Shown here: piece by piece, positions 12,395 to 23,838 of the stretch
Numbering within the stretch: the first letter of the stretch is position 1
Layout: each line of letters begins with the position of its first letter
NCBI GenBank assembly: GCA_014905635.1
Contig: JABVCE010000051.1
Span: 1 to 64,000 of the forward strand
Length of the DNA: 64,000 bases
Origin: Scenedesmus sp. PABB004
Taxonomy: Eukaryota
Reading direction: 5' to 3'
Position numbers and translations under genes: made by a program
The notes under the pieces: generated by a model
Seen by the model: only the letters and a program-made list of their open reading frames with translations
What the model was told of the DNA's origin: nothing
Database searches by the model: none

Positions 12395-15042
12395 ATGGCG
12401 CAGCAGCAGCCAGCTGCGGCGCACCCAGCCCGCGCAGCAGCAGCCAGCGACGACGCCCTGCTCCTGGAGTGGCGGGAGCTCTCGTACTGGGCTCCGCCGC
12501 CGCCGGTGGGCCTGGTGCAGCGCCTCGCGCGGCGCAGCCCGGCGCCGCGAGGCCGCCAGCTGCTCCTCTCAGTCAGCGGCTCAGCGCACAGCGGCCGGCT
12601 GCTGGCGGTCCTCGGCCCGTCGGGCGCGGGCAAGTCGACGCTGCTGGGGCTGCTCGCCGGCGACCGGGCGCTGCTCGCGGCGGGCGGGGGCCGCCGCGCG
12701 ACCGGCACGGTGTCGTTCGGCGGCGTGCCGCGCGAGACGCGCGCGGAGCTGGCGGCGTACCGGCGCGCCGCGCGGCACGTCGCTCAGGACGATGTGCTCA
12801 TGCCCACGCTCACGCCGCGCGAGGCGCTCGCCTTTGCCGCGGCGCTGCGCATGCCTGCGCCGGGCGCGACCCGGTCGCAGCGCGCGGCGGCGGTGGAGGA
12901 GCTGCTGAGCGGGATGCGGCTGACGGGCTGCGCGGGCACGCTGGTGGGCGGCGGCGAGCGCGGCGGCCGCGCGCGCGGCGGCCGCGCCCGGCCGGGCCAA
13001 CCCACCGCGCCTCGCCGCAGGTCGGCGACGCCGCCGGCGGCATCAAGGGCCTGTCGGGTGGCGAGCGGCGCCGCCTCGCGGTGGCAGTCGAGCTCGTGGG
13101 CGCGCCGCGCCTCGTGCTGCTGGACGAGCCCACGAGCGGCCAGGACAGCGCGACCGCGCTGCAGGTAACGCGGCGCGCGGCTGACGGCACGCGGCGCGCA
13201 CCGCGGGCGTGCGACGGGACGGCGGCGCACGCAGCCCGCGCTGTGTCTGCTTCGCGCGCAGGTGCTGGCCTTCATCAAGCGCCGCGTCACCGGCGCGCGC
13301 GGCATCCTGTTGATCAGCCTGCACCAGCCGGGCCGCGACCTGGTGGCGCTGCTCGACGACCTCCTGCTGCTGGCGGGCGGCGCCGCAGCGTACGGGCCCG
13401 CGCCGTGGGACGGCGTGCTGCACCACTACGCGGCCCTGGACCCGCCGGCCATGACGGGCCTCGGGCTGGCTGAGTGGCTGCTCGACGTGGTCGGCAGCGG
13501 CGCCGGCGCCGGCAGCGACGGCACCGGCGGCAGCGACGGCAGTGCCAGTGACAGCGAGAGCTGGCCGCTGGGTGCGAGCGCGGCCGGAGCCGCCGGCGCC
13601 CAGCTGCGCCTGCCGGCAGCCTGGCAGCCAGCAGCGCCGCTCGAGGTGGTGGTGGTGCGCGCGGACGCGCCGCAGCCCAAGGCATCCAGACCGGCTGCGG
13701 CGCCGCCCGCCGTCGTGTGCAGCACGTCGCCCAGCTCCTCCGCAGCGGGCGACGCCGCCAGCCCCGACGAGGCGCGCGCGGGCGACGGCGCGCCGCCGGG
13801 TCCGCTGGCAGCCAGCGGCGCAAGCTTTGCGGTGCAGGTGCGCGTACTCTCGCGGCGCACGCTGACGTGGTGGTGGCGCAGCCCCGCGATGGTCGGCGCG
13901 GAGGCGGCGCAGTACCTGTTCGTCAGCGCCTTCCTGGGCAGCTGCTTCTGGCAGATGCCGCCGCTGGCGCTGGCCGGCCTGGGCACGTCGGTGCAGGGCC
14001 GCCTGGCGGTGCTGTTCATGTGGGTCGTCACGCTGCTCGTCACCGCGCCCGCCCGCGCGCTGATCGCGTGGGACACGGAGCGCCGCCTGCTGCGGTGCGG
14101 CGGCGCGCGACGGCGCGCGGCAGCCCTTGGGCCGCCTGGGCGGCGCGCCGAGCTGCGCATGCGCCGCTGCCCCCCCCCCCCCACACACACACACTCCCCG
14201 CCGCCGTGCAGGCACGAGCTGGCGAGCGGCGCGCACGGCCTGACCCCCTTCCTGGTCAGCAAGCTGGCGGTGAGCCTGCCGCTCGAGGCGAGCCTCGTCT
14301 TCTGCGCCGGCGCGCCGCTCTACCTCGCCACGGGCCTGCAGCGCAGCGCTGCCAAGTTCCTCGCCTTCTCCGCCATCAGGTGGGCTGCCGTGGCCGCCCG
14401 CCGCCGCAGCCAGCCTGCAGCTGCAGGCACCTGCAGGTGCCACACTCTCCGGCTGGGCCGCACGCGCGCTCCGCACGCCGCTCGCGGCACACGCGCCCGC
14501 CCCGCACTGGGCGCCCCCCTGCAGCGCCCTGACCGCCGTCAGTGCCAGCAACGTCGGCCAGCTCGTGGGCCTGCTGACGCCCAACCTGGACGCCGCGCTC
14601 CCCGCGCTGTGCGGCGCCGCCACGCTGCTGAGCGCGTTTGCGGGCTTTGTCGTGCAGGCGAGTCCGCGCCCGCGCGCGCGCGCGCCGCGTGCTGGCGGGC
14701 TGACCGCGCGCGGCGCCGCGCCGAGGCAGCTGCGCGCCGACCGCGTGCGCGCGCGCGCAGGACACGCCGCCGTGGTGGCGCTGGGCGGGCGAGGCGTCCT
14801 TTGTGACCTACAGCTACGCGGGGCTGGTGCGCTGTGAGTTTGAGGGACTGCCCCTGCCGCCCGGCGTGCCGGCCGCGGCCGCGGCGGGCGGCGGCGCGCT
14901 CGCCTTGGTGCCGGCCGTCATCCGCGTGAACGCGGCTGGCAGCGTTTGGGAGCTGGTCGGCGTCGCCGCCGGCTTTGCGGGCGGCAGCTGCCTGCTGGTG
15001 GTGGCTGCCACGGCTGTGCTCGTGGCCGTGCGCATCCGCTGA
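12395..15042 (+). CDS. ABC transporter G family half-transporter (White-like), 6 exons
   Basis: Walker A GPSGAGKST, Q-loop VAQDD, signature LSGGERRRL, Walker B LLDEPTSG, H-loop SLHQP, then a hydrophobic C-terminal TM domain. Introns at about 12944, 13166, 14095, 14380 and 14658 (GC donor). Confidence 0.9.
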
Positions 15043-15501
15043 TCCGCCGCCGCATCCGCTGATCCCGTCGGGCGGCAACGGTCGAGCGCCGTCGAGCCGC
15101 TGGGCCCTGGCGCCGTGCCACGGTCCACCGCTGGCTCCTGTTGTGACTGCAGCACCCTGGCCGCGTGTCCGCACTCTCCCTCGCCGAATGCGCGCTCCCC
15201 TGCGCGCTGAGAGGCGGGAGCAGCAGCAAAGGCCGGAGCAGCAGCCCGCGAGGCCGCTGCAGGGAGACAGGGCCGGCGCCCGTGCCTGCATCCAGCGCAC
15301 GTGTCAGGGTGCCGCCCCCAGCCGGCTGCAGCGCCGGGCCGCGCTGCACAGCGCCATCGACGCTCGCACTCGCGCGAGCGCGCTGATCGGCGCGCGAGCG
15401 GCGTGGACCGTGCAGGCCGCTGCACAGGGGCGCGTGCACAGGGAGGGCGCAGCAGCGGCAGCAGCGGCAGCAGCAGCAGCTGGGCACCAGCGGTGCCCAC
15501 C

Positions 15502-17332
15502 ATGGCCGACGACGCAGCGAAGCAGGGCCCTGACCCGGCCACGGTCATCCAGGTCTCCTGTGGCAGCTCGCACACCGTCGCCCTGCTGAGTGCGTGCGCT
15601 GCCGCGCGACTGCTGCGCAGCGGCGGCGCGAGCAGCGGCGCGCCGGCGACGGGGCATCGCGCCGATGCCGCGCCACGCCCCCCGCCCCGCGCGCAGACTG
15701 CAACGTGGTGGCCTCCTGGGGCCGCGGCGAGGACGGGCAGCTGGGGCACGGCGACGCGGAGCAGCTCGACGCGCCCAAGGCGGTGCACGCGCTGCTGGAC
15801 AAGGACGTCAGCAGCGTCGTGTGCGGCGCCGAGTACACCGTCGCGGTCAGCGCCAAGCACCGCACCGTCTACAGCTGGGGCTGGTGAGCGCCCCCGCGCA
15901 CGCACGCGCCCCGGCGGCGCCGCGCAGCGGCGCGAAGGGGCGCCGCCGACGCCGCGCCGCGCGCGCCCGCGCGCCGCAGGGGCGACTTTGGCCGCCTGGG
16001 GCACGGGAGCAACACGGACGTGTTTGTGCCGCGGCCGATCGCGTTTTTCGACGGCCTTGCCGTGCGCGCGGTCGCGTGCGGCGACACGCACACGCTCGTG
16101 TGCACCGACGACGGCGCGCTCTACACGTTTGGGCGCAACCAGAACGGCCAGCTCGGCCTGGGCACCACGAGCGACGTCCTGTCGCCGCAGCGCGTCGACG
16201 CGCTCAAGGGCAAGGCCGTGGTCAGCGTCGCGGCGGGCGCGGAGCACAGCGTCGCGGCGACGAGCGGCGGCGAGGTCTTCGCGTGGGGCTGGGGCCGCTA
16301 CGGCAACCTCGGCGACGGCGAGCGCCACGACCGCCACGCGCCCGTGCTCGTCGCGGGCCTGGCTGGTGTGTCGGTGACACACGTCGCGTGCGGCTGGCGG
16401 CACAGCGCCGCCGTGAGCGCGCAGGGGTGCCTGTGGGCGTGGGGCTGGAGCAAGTACGGCCAGCTCGGCATGGGCGACACCGAGTGAGCGGCGGCGGGGG
16501 CCGCGGGGGGTGCGGGCGGCGCGCCGTGCGCCCGCGCGCGCCCGCACGCCTCGCCCGGCGCTTGCGCGGACCTGGGCAGCCGCTGATGCACCGCGCCGCG
16601 CCGCGCCGCGCAGGGACCGGCTGGTGCCGGCCGAGGTGTCGGGCCTGTCGGGGCGCGGCGTGCTGCAGATCGCGGGCGGCTGGCGCCACACGATGGCCTT
16701 GGACGACCAGGGCGCGGTGTGGGCGTGGGGCTGGAACAAGTTTGGCCAGCTCGGTGAGCACGCGTGGGCGCGGGCACTCACGCTGGCGCCCGCCCGGCCG
16801 CGCCGCGCGCGCACTCAGCGCCGCCCGACGCCGCCCGCCCGCGCGCGCACGCCGCCGTGCCCCCGCAGGCCTCGGCCACACCGCCGACCAGGCGGCGCCC
16901 GTGGCGGTCGAGGCGCTCGCGGGGCACCCCATCGCGCTGCTGGCGTGCGGCTGGCGGCACACCGTGGCGGTGGGCCGGCGCGGCGAGGTGTACTCGTGGG
17001 GCCGCGGCGTCAACGGGCAGCTCGGCCACAGCGCCGAGGCGGACGAGAGCCTGCCGCGCCTGCTCGCGCCGCTCTGTCGCGGCGCGGCGTCGCGCGCGGG
17101 GCTGGTGGCCACTGCCACCGCGCAGGGCGGCTACGTCGCGCCCGCTGACCGCTACGCCGTCGTGCCCAACGGCGCGCCGGGCGGCGGCGGGGAGGCGGGG
17201 GCCGAGCTGCCGCCCGGCGGCGCGGCCGCGCGCGGCCTCGACACCGGCGACGGCGACGGCGGCCCGCCCGCCAAGCGCGCGCACGTCGCTGCCGGGTCGA
17301 GCGTGGACGACGCGGCGGTGCCGGGGAGCTGA
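15502..17332 (+). CDS. UVR8: UV-B photoreceptor UVR8 (RCC1 beta-propeller), 5 exons
   Basis: SWGRGEDGQLGHGD, WGWGDFGRLGHG, three GWRH[ST] motifs (CGWRHS, GGWRHT, CGWRHT) and the C-terminal RYAVVP COP1-binding VP motif. Exons about 15502-15589, 15697-15883, 15980-16483, 16614-16754, 16869-17332. Confidence 0.95.
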
Positions 17333-17870
17333 CGGGCGATCGGGGGCGGTGGGGCGTTGGCGGGCGGCCGGGCCGGGGCGCGCGTGCACCTCTCACGCCT
17401 CATCGCATCCATTCGGGGGCCGGGACTCGCACAAGCATCGTCAGCACTCGCCATCTGTTGCAACCTCCGATCGGCTCGCCGAGCGGCGCCGGGCGTCTCT
17501 AGGGCCCGGCGGCGGGGCCCGGCGCGGCGCGGCGGCGCAGGGGCTCGCCGCAAAGCCGGACACGGGGCGGCGAGCTCAGGACAGCCCAGTCGACGCCGCG
17601 CACGTCGCGCCAGCGTGCGCGTCCCGAGCAGCACCGAGCTCGCACGCGCAACCCGCGCACCCGCGCAACCAGCTGCCGCCGCGACAGCACGCCCCAGAAG
17701 CGTCCCAGAGCAGGACCAGCGCGGGCAGGTGCCGCGCGCCCGCCTCACACCACCGGGAGATGGCGCTCTGCGCGAGGTGCTGCTGAGGGCGAGCCCGCGC
17801 CTCGCGAGCGGTCCACCAGGGGGCCGGCCGCCCTCCCCGACGGCGATCCAGCCGTCCACGGGCCGCACAC

Positions 17871-19734
17871 ATGCCGCTGCAGCGCGATCGCGATCTGGAG
17901 GCCGGCCGCGCCGCGGCGGCAGCAGCAGCGGCGCCGGCGCGGCAGCAGGCGGCAGAGGCGCAGCAGCGCGCGCACCAGGGAACCGGCGCGCTGCTCCGCG
18001 GCCTGCTGCGCATCCAGGAGGCGCCGGCGGAGGGCCCGGCGGGCCGGCAGGGCTCCGGCACCGGCGCCGGCACGGCGGAGGCCAAGCGCGCGCACGAGCT
18101 CGAGTCGCAGGCGGCCGTGCTGGGCAAGGGCGCCGCCGCGCAGGTGCGCCCGCGGGCGCGCCGCCGCCGCCGCGCGCGCGGCGCCCGGCCGCGGGCCGCT
18201 GCTGACGCGGGGGCCCGCGCCGCGGCGGGCGCGCCGCGCTGCCGCGCTGCGCGCAGATGGCGGAGCTCATGTTTGACGACGTCGGCAAGCGCCAGGTCGC
18301 GGTGGAGGAGGCCTTCGTGCTGCAGCGCGGCGTCATACACCCGTTCAACACCTTGTGAGACGCCCCGCGTCGCCCGTGCCGCCCGCGGCGCCGCCGCCCG
18401 CGCCCGCGGCGCCGCCGCCGCCCGCGCGCGCGGCGCCCCGACCCGCGCGCCGCCCCGCCGCCGCCGCCGCGCAGCTTCCGCGTGTGGTGGTGGGTGACCA
18501 TCGCCGCCGCCGCGGTGACCGGGTGGCTCATCCCCTACATGATCGCCTTCCTCCCCGGCAGCGACGGGTGCGGGCCCACGCGGCGGGGGGTCGCGGGGCG
18601 CTCGCGGCGGGGTGCGCCACGCGGCGGCCGGCCCGCGCCAGGCAGAGGCTGACGCGCGGGCCGCCGCCGCGCCCGCGGCGCGCGCAGCAAGGGCACGGCG
18701 GCGTACGCGGTCGAGGCGTGCCTGCTGGCCATCTTCCTGGGCGACATGCTCAGCAGGCGCGCGCGCGGCAGCGGCGGCGCCCGCCCTCCGCCCGCGCCCC
18801 TGCGCGGCGCGCGCGCCGCGCCCCCCCCCCCCCCTCACCCGCACCCGCACCCGCGCGCCCCTTGATCTGCCTGCCGCCCGCCCGCCCGCCCGCCGCGCAG
18901 CTTCTTTGTCGCGCGGTACGAGGGCGGCGTGCTCGTCGGCGAGCGGGCGCGCCTGGCGGCGATATACTTTCGCTTCCGCTTCTGGTGGGACGTGCTGACC
19001 GTGTTCCCCTGGGACTGGATCGTGCTCAGCGCGCTGGGCCTGCTCGGCAGCGGCACCGTGCGCGCGCGCTTTGTGAGCCTGCTGGGCCTGCTCAAGCTGG
19101 GGCGCATGTACCGCATCGACCGCCTCTACCGCCACCTCGAGTTCAACCTCGCGCTGCCCCTCGTCGTCACCAAGCTCACGCGCGTCGCCACGTACGGCTT
19201 CTTCCTCGTCCACTGGGCCGGCTGCTGCTTCTGGTACATCGCCGAGCAGGAGGCCGGCCTCGGCGGCGGCAGCTGGCTCACCGCGCTCAAGACCGACCCC
19301 GCGCCCCACCTGCCCGTCAACGCCTGGAGCGTGTGGGAGCGCTACACCTTTGCGGGTGCGTGGGCGCGGCGTGGCGGGCGTGGTGGCTGGGCGGGCGGGT
19401 GTGGTGGGTGCGTGGCTGGGGGCCGCCCCGCGCCGCGCGCCGCGCGTGGCGCCTCGGCCCGCAGGCGGCGTGGGGCCCTCTCCCGCCACCCCTCACCCCC
19501 CCCCACCCCGCTCACCCCCTCCTCTCCCCCTCCTCTCCCCCTCCTCCTCTCCCCTCTTCGCCAGTGTGGTGGGCGGTGGCCACCTTTTACCAGCTCGATG
19601 CCGGCCCGGGGCTGGGCCCGGTCACCATGACAGAGGTGCGGCGGCAGCGGCGGGGCGGGGCCGCGCGCCCCCGCGGCCGCGCTGGCCGCCTCCACGCTGA
19701 GCGCCGCCGCCCCCCCCCCCCCCCTCTCTGTGTG

Positions 19735-19766
<32 letters not shown>

Positions 19767-19770
19767 CTTG

Positions 19771-19850
<80 letters not shown>

Positions 19851-22148
19851 CCGCCACGGGCGCCAGGTCATCTTCACCATGGTCTTCATCGCCTGCAACA
19901 TCCTGCTGTGGGCGTGGATGATCGGCAGCATCTCCCTGCTCGTCGCCCGCGCCGACGAGAGCAGCGCCAAGTACCGGCACCGCATGCACGCGCTCGACCG
20001 CTACGGCCGCGACAAGGGCCTGCCGCAGGACATGAAGGAGCTCATCGAGGAGCACCTGCGCCTCCACTTCACGAGCAACCAGGAGGCGGACGAGCAGATG
20101 CTCGCGACGCTGCCGACCACGCTGCGCCGCCGCGTGCTGCGCCACCTCTACGGCGCGCAGCTGCAGCGCTGCTGGCTGCTGGCGGGCGTCAAGCCCAAGT
20201 TCTTCGACGCCCTGCTCGGCTGCGCGCGGCTCGAGACCTTCATGCCCCAGGCGCGGCCCGCCGCGCAGCGCAGCGCCGCCCCGCGCGCTGCGCCGCCCGC
20301 GCGCCGCGCGGCGCCCGCCCGTCTCACCCCCCCCCCCCCCTCTCCCCTGTCCGCTCGCGTGCCTCCCCCGCCGCAGGTTGAGCTGCTGGCGGAGGGTGAC
20401 GAGGTGAACGAGCTCATGGTCGTCGTCGCGGGCTACCTGGAGGTCTTCTCCTCCAGCGCGGCGGCAGAGGAGAAGGACCGCGAGTCGCTGTGAGCCTCCC
20501 CCGCGCCGGGGCGGCCGGGGGTCCCAGCAGCGCCGCGCGCGGCGCGGCGCCGCGGCCTGAGCCGCCGCCGCCGACGCGCGCGCTCGCACCTGGGCGCAGG
20601 CTGGACGCGGCGCGGTACCAGCGGCGCCCGAGCGAGATCTTCCGTGACATGGCTGGCGGCAAGAAGATGGGCGCGGGCAGCGGCTACTGCATGCTGGGGC
20701 CGGGCGACCCCGTGGGCGAGACCGCCTTTTTCACCGAGGTCCCGCAGCTCGAGGTGACGACTCAACGCCCGCGCGCCGCGCCGCCGGCTGGTCTGGGGGA
20801 GCGCCCGCCGCCCGACCCACGCCCGGCCCACGCCCGCCGCCTGCCCGCCGCCCGGCGCCGCGCGCGCGGCGCGCAGGTGGTTCGCAGCCTGACGGTGTGC
20901 CGCGTGCTGGTCGTGCCGCGGCCCGCGTACAGCGCGCTCGCGGCAGACTTCCCCATCAGCACCACCACCCTGCTGGAGGCGCTGCAAAAGAACGCAGAGA
21001 CGGTGACGCGCGGCGCGGCACGCGGGCCCGCCTGTCCTGCGCCCGCCCGCCGGCGCGCCCGTTCCCCGCGCCGCGTGCCCAGCCCGCCCCCCTCCCCGCG
21101 GCGGCAGGTCGTGTCCGCCGAGTTCCGCGGCGGCGCCGCGAGCCGGCTGCTGCGCGGCAGCCTCGTGGCGACGCTGCCGGGGCTGAGCTACCAGCACACC
21201 AGCCCCGAGACCATGGGCGCCGACACGGTCGCGGGCGCCGGCGCGGACGTGCTCAACGCGTCGTCCTGGCGCGGCACAAACATGAGCGGCGCCGCGTCCA
21301 TGGGTACGGCGCCGCCAAGGCGGCCGCGCCCCGCCGCGCCGCCGCCGCCGCGCCCTCCGCCGCGCCTCTGCGCCTCTGCGCGGCGCCGACGCGCCCGCGC
21401 CGCCCCGACCTCGGCAGGCGGGCTGTCGGTGCGTCAGCAGCAGGTGGTGGGCAACCTGCAGCGCATCCGCGCGGTCGTGAAGCACCACGTCGCCCAGGCC
21501 GACGAGACGCGCACTGGGCAGTTCCTCTCCGCCGCGGCCAAGGGCGAGACGGAGCGCATCAAGCTCCTGCTGCAGCAGGGATATAACCCAAACACGGGTG
21601 AAGACGGCCGCATGCGCGCCCGCGCGCCCGCACGCACGCCCGCGCCGCGCCCCCTGCGCGCCGCCGCGCCCCCTCGCAGCGCGCCGCTGCGCCCTCTCAG
21701 CGCCCCACCGCGCCGCGCCCCCGCCGCGCCGCCCGCCGGCGCGCAGCCGACTACGACAAGCGCACCGCGCTCATGCTCGCGGCGGCGCAGGGCCACCGCG
21801 GCGTGGTGGACATGCTGCTCGCGGTGAACGCCAACGTCAACGCGCGCGACGTGCGCGGCGCTACGGCGCTGCTCGAGGCGGCGCGCGCGGGCTGGGACAG
21901 CATCCTCGATACGCTCATGCTGCGCGGCGCGAAGCACGGCCTGGACGACCAGGCGCAGGCGCAGGCGCTCTCGGGCGCGGTCAGCCGCGGCGACATCACG
22001 CAGCTGCGCCACCTGCTGGCGGCGGGCTGCGACGCCAACTGCGCCGACTACGATGCGCGCACGCCCCTGCACGTCGCGGCGGCGGAGAGCAACCTCAACG
22101 CGGTGCGCCGCGGCCTGGCCGCGCTCGGCGGCGCCGCCGCATGGCTGC

Positions 22149-22247
<99 letters not shown>

Positions 22248-23454
22248 GGGTGGGGGCAGGGGGGCGGCGCGGGCGCCGAGGGCTGCGGCGCGCGGGCGCA
22301 GCACGCGCCTGAGCCGCCGCGCCGCGGGCGCGCGCGCAGACGCGCGTGCTGGTGGAGGTCGGCCGCGCGTCGCTGGGCCTGACGAGCAGGCAGGGCTGGA
22401 CGCCGCTCGACGAGGCGCGCAGCGCCGGCGCGACGGCGGTGGTGGAGTACCTGGAGCGCCTGGTGAGGCCGCGCAGCGCCGGGGGCGGCGCGGCACGCGG
22501 CGCGGCGCGGCACGCAGCGCGGCGCCCACGCGCCCGCCGCGCGCCCGTCCGCGCGCAGGTGCCTCCGGAGGAGGCGGCCGCGGCCAAGGCGCGCGCCGAG
22601 GCGCGGCGCGCCGACGCCATGCTGCACGCCGCGTCGGACGGCGACCTGGCGGGCGTGGCGCGGCTGCTGGAGCGCGGCTGCCCGCCTGACGCGTGCGACT
22701 ACGACAAGCGCACGGGGCTCATGCTCGCGGCGGCGCACGGGCACGGCGAGGTCGTGGCGGCGCTGCTGCGCGCGGGGGCCAACCCCAACGCGCGCGACAA
22801 CCTCGGCGGCAGCGCGCTGCTGGAGGCGGTCAAGGCGGGCCACGACGCCGTGCTGGCGCAGCTCGTCGACGCGGGCGCGAGCCTGCAGCTCTCGCCCGCG
22901 GAGCTCGCGAGCGCGCTGTGCGGCATGGTGCTGGAGGGCGAGGAGGCGCTGCTGCGGCGCTACATCGCCGCCGGCGCCGACGTGGCGGCGGGCGACTACG
23001 ACAAGCGCACGCCGCTGCACATCGCCGCGGCGGAGGGCAAGCTCAGCACCGTGCGTGCCGGGCGGGGCGGGCGGGCCGGCGGCGGCCAGCAGCGCGCTCA
23101 GGGCCGCGGCCGCGGTTTGTGCGCCCTTGGCGCGCGGCGCGCCGCCGATCCACGGCCGGTGCAGGCCGCGGGCTCGGTCGTGCCCCGTGGCCGCACTCAC
23201 GCTTGTGCGCCCCCTCCACCCCACGCGCCGCGCAGGTCAAGCTGCTGGTGGAGGAGGGCGGCGCGGAGCTGTCCGCCACCGACCGTTGGGGCGCGACGCC
23301 GCTGGCCGAGGCCAAGCGCGTGGGCGCCGCCGACGTGGTGGCCTACCTGGGCAGCCCCGCCGCCGGCGAGGCGGCGGCGGCCGCCGCTGCCGCCGCGCTG
23401 CGCAAGCTGAGCAGCAGCCGCTTCCAGGCCGCGCCCGACAGCGGCAGCTCGTAG
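17871..23454 (+). CDS. Shaker-like channel paralogue 3 (6TM + cNBD + ankyrins) with a non-canonical pore loop
   Basis: VIHPFN, S4 LLGLLKLGRMYR, C-linker EHLRLHF...LRRRVLRHLY, GETAFF, ankyrin repeats. The pore exon 19565-19635 reads VWWAVATFYQLDAGPGLGPVTMTE, with no GYG. Confidence 0.85.
19733..19852. repeat. (CCTG)n tetranucleotide microsatellite in an intron
   Basis: About 30 tandem cctg units with one ttg variant. Confidence 0.95.
22164..22244. repeat. (GT)n microsatellite in an intron
   Basis: About 40 GT units. Confidence 0.95.
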
Positions 23455-23838
23455 CGGCGGCGCCTTTTGGCGCCACAAACAACTTCCTAGCGCATGGCTC
23501 GCGTGGAGCAGCAGGGCGGGGGAGGGGGGGGGGCAACAAACATCATTCCCCGCGTGACGTGCGGGAAGCGCGGCGAGCGTCGATAACGTGACGTGTCGTT
23601 GTGGCCTGTCTGCGTCGCGGTTGCGGTTGGTATGTTGTTGGAGGTGCGGATCACACTCTGTTGCCGTGGACGTGGGACTGTGTCTGTGCCGCTCGCACGC
23701 GCCGGCGCCCACGGGCGACAGCGGCGGCGGCTCGCGCTCGCAGCGGCGCAGCACAACACGCGCCAGCCGCGCGTGGTGTGCTGCTGCGCGGTACCTGTAA
23801 CCCAAAGCTCAGCGCGTCGCCGCAGCGGGGCCAGCGGC

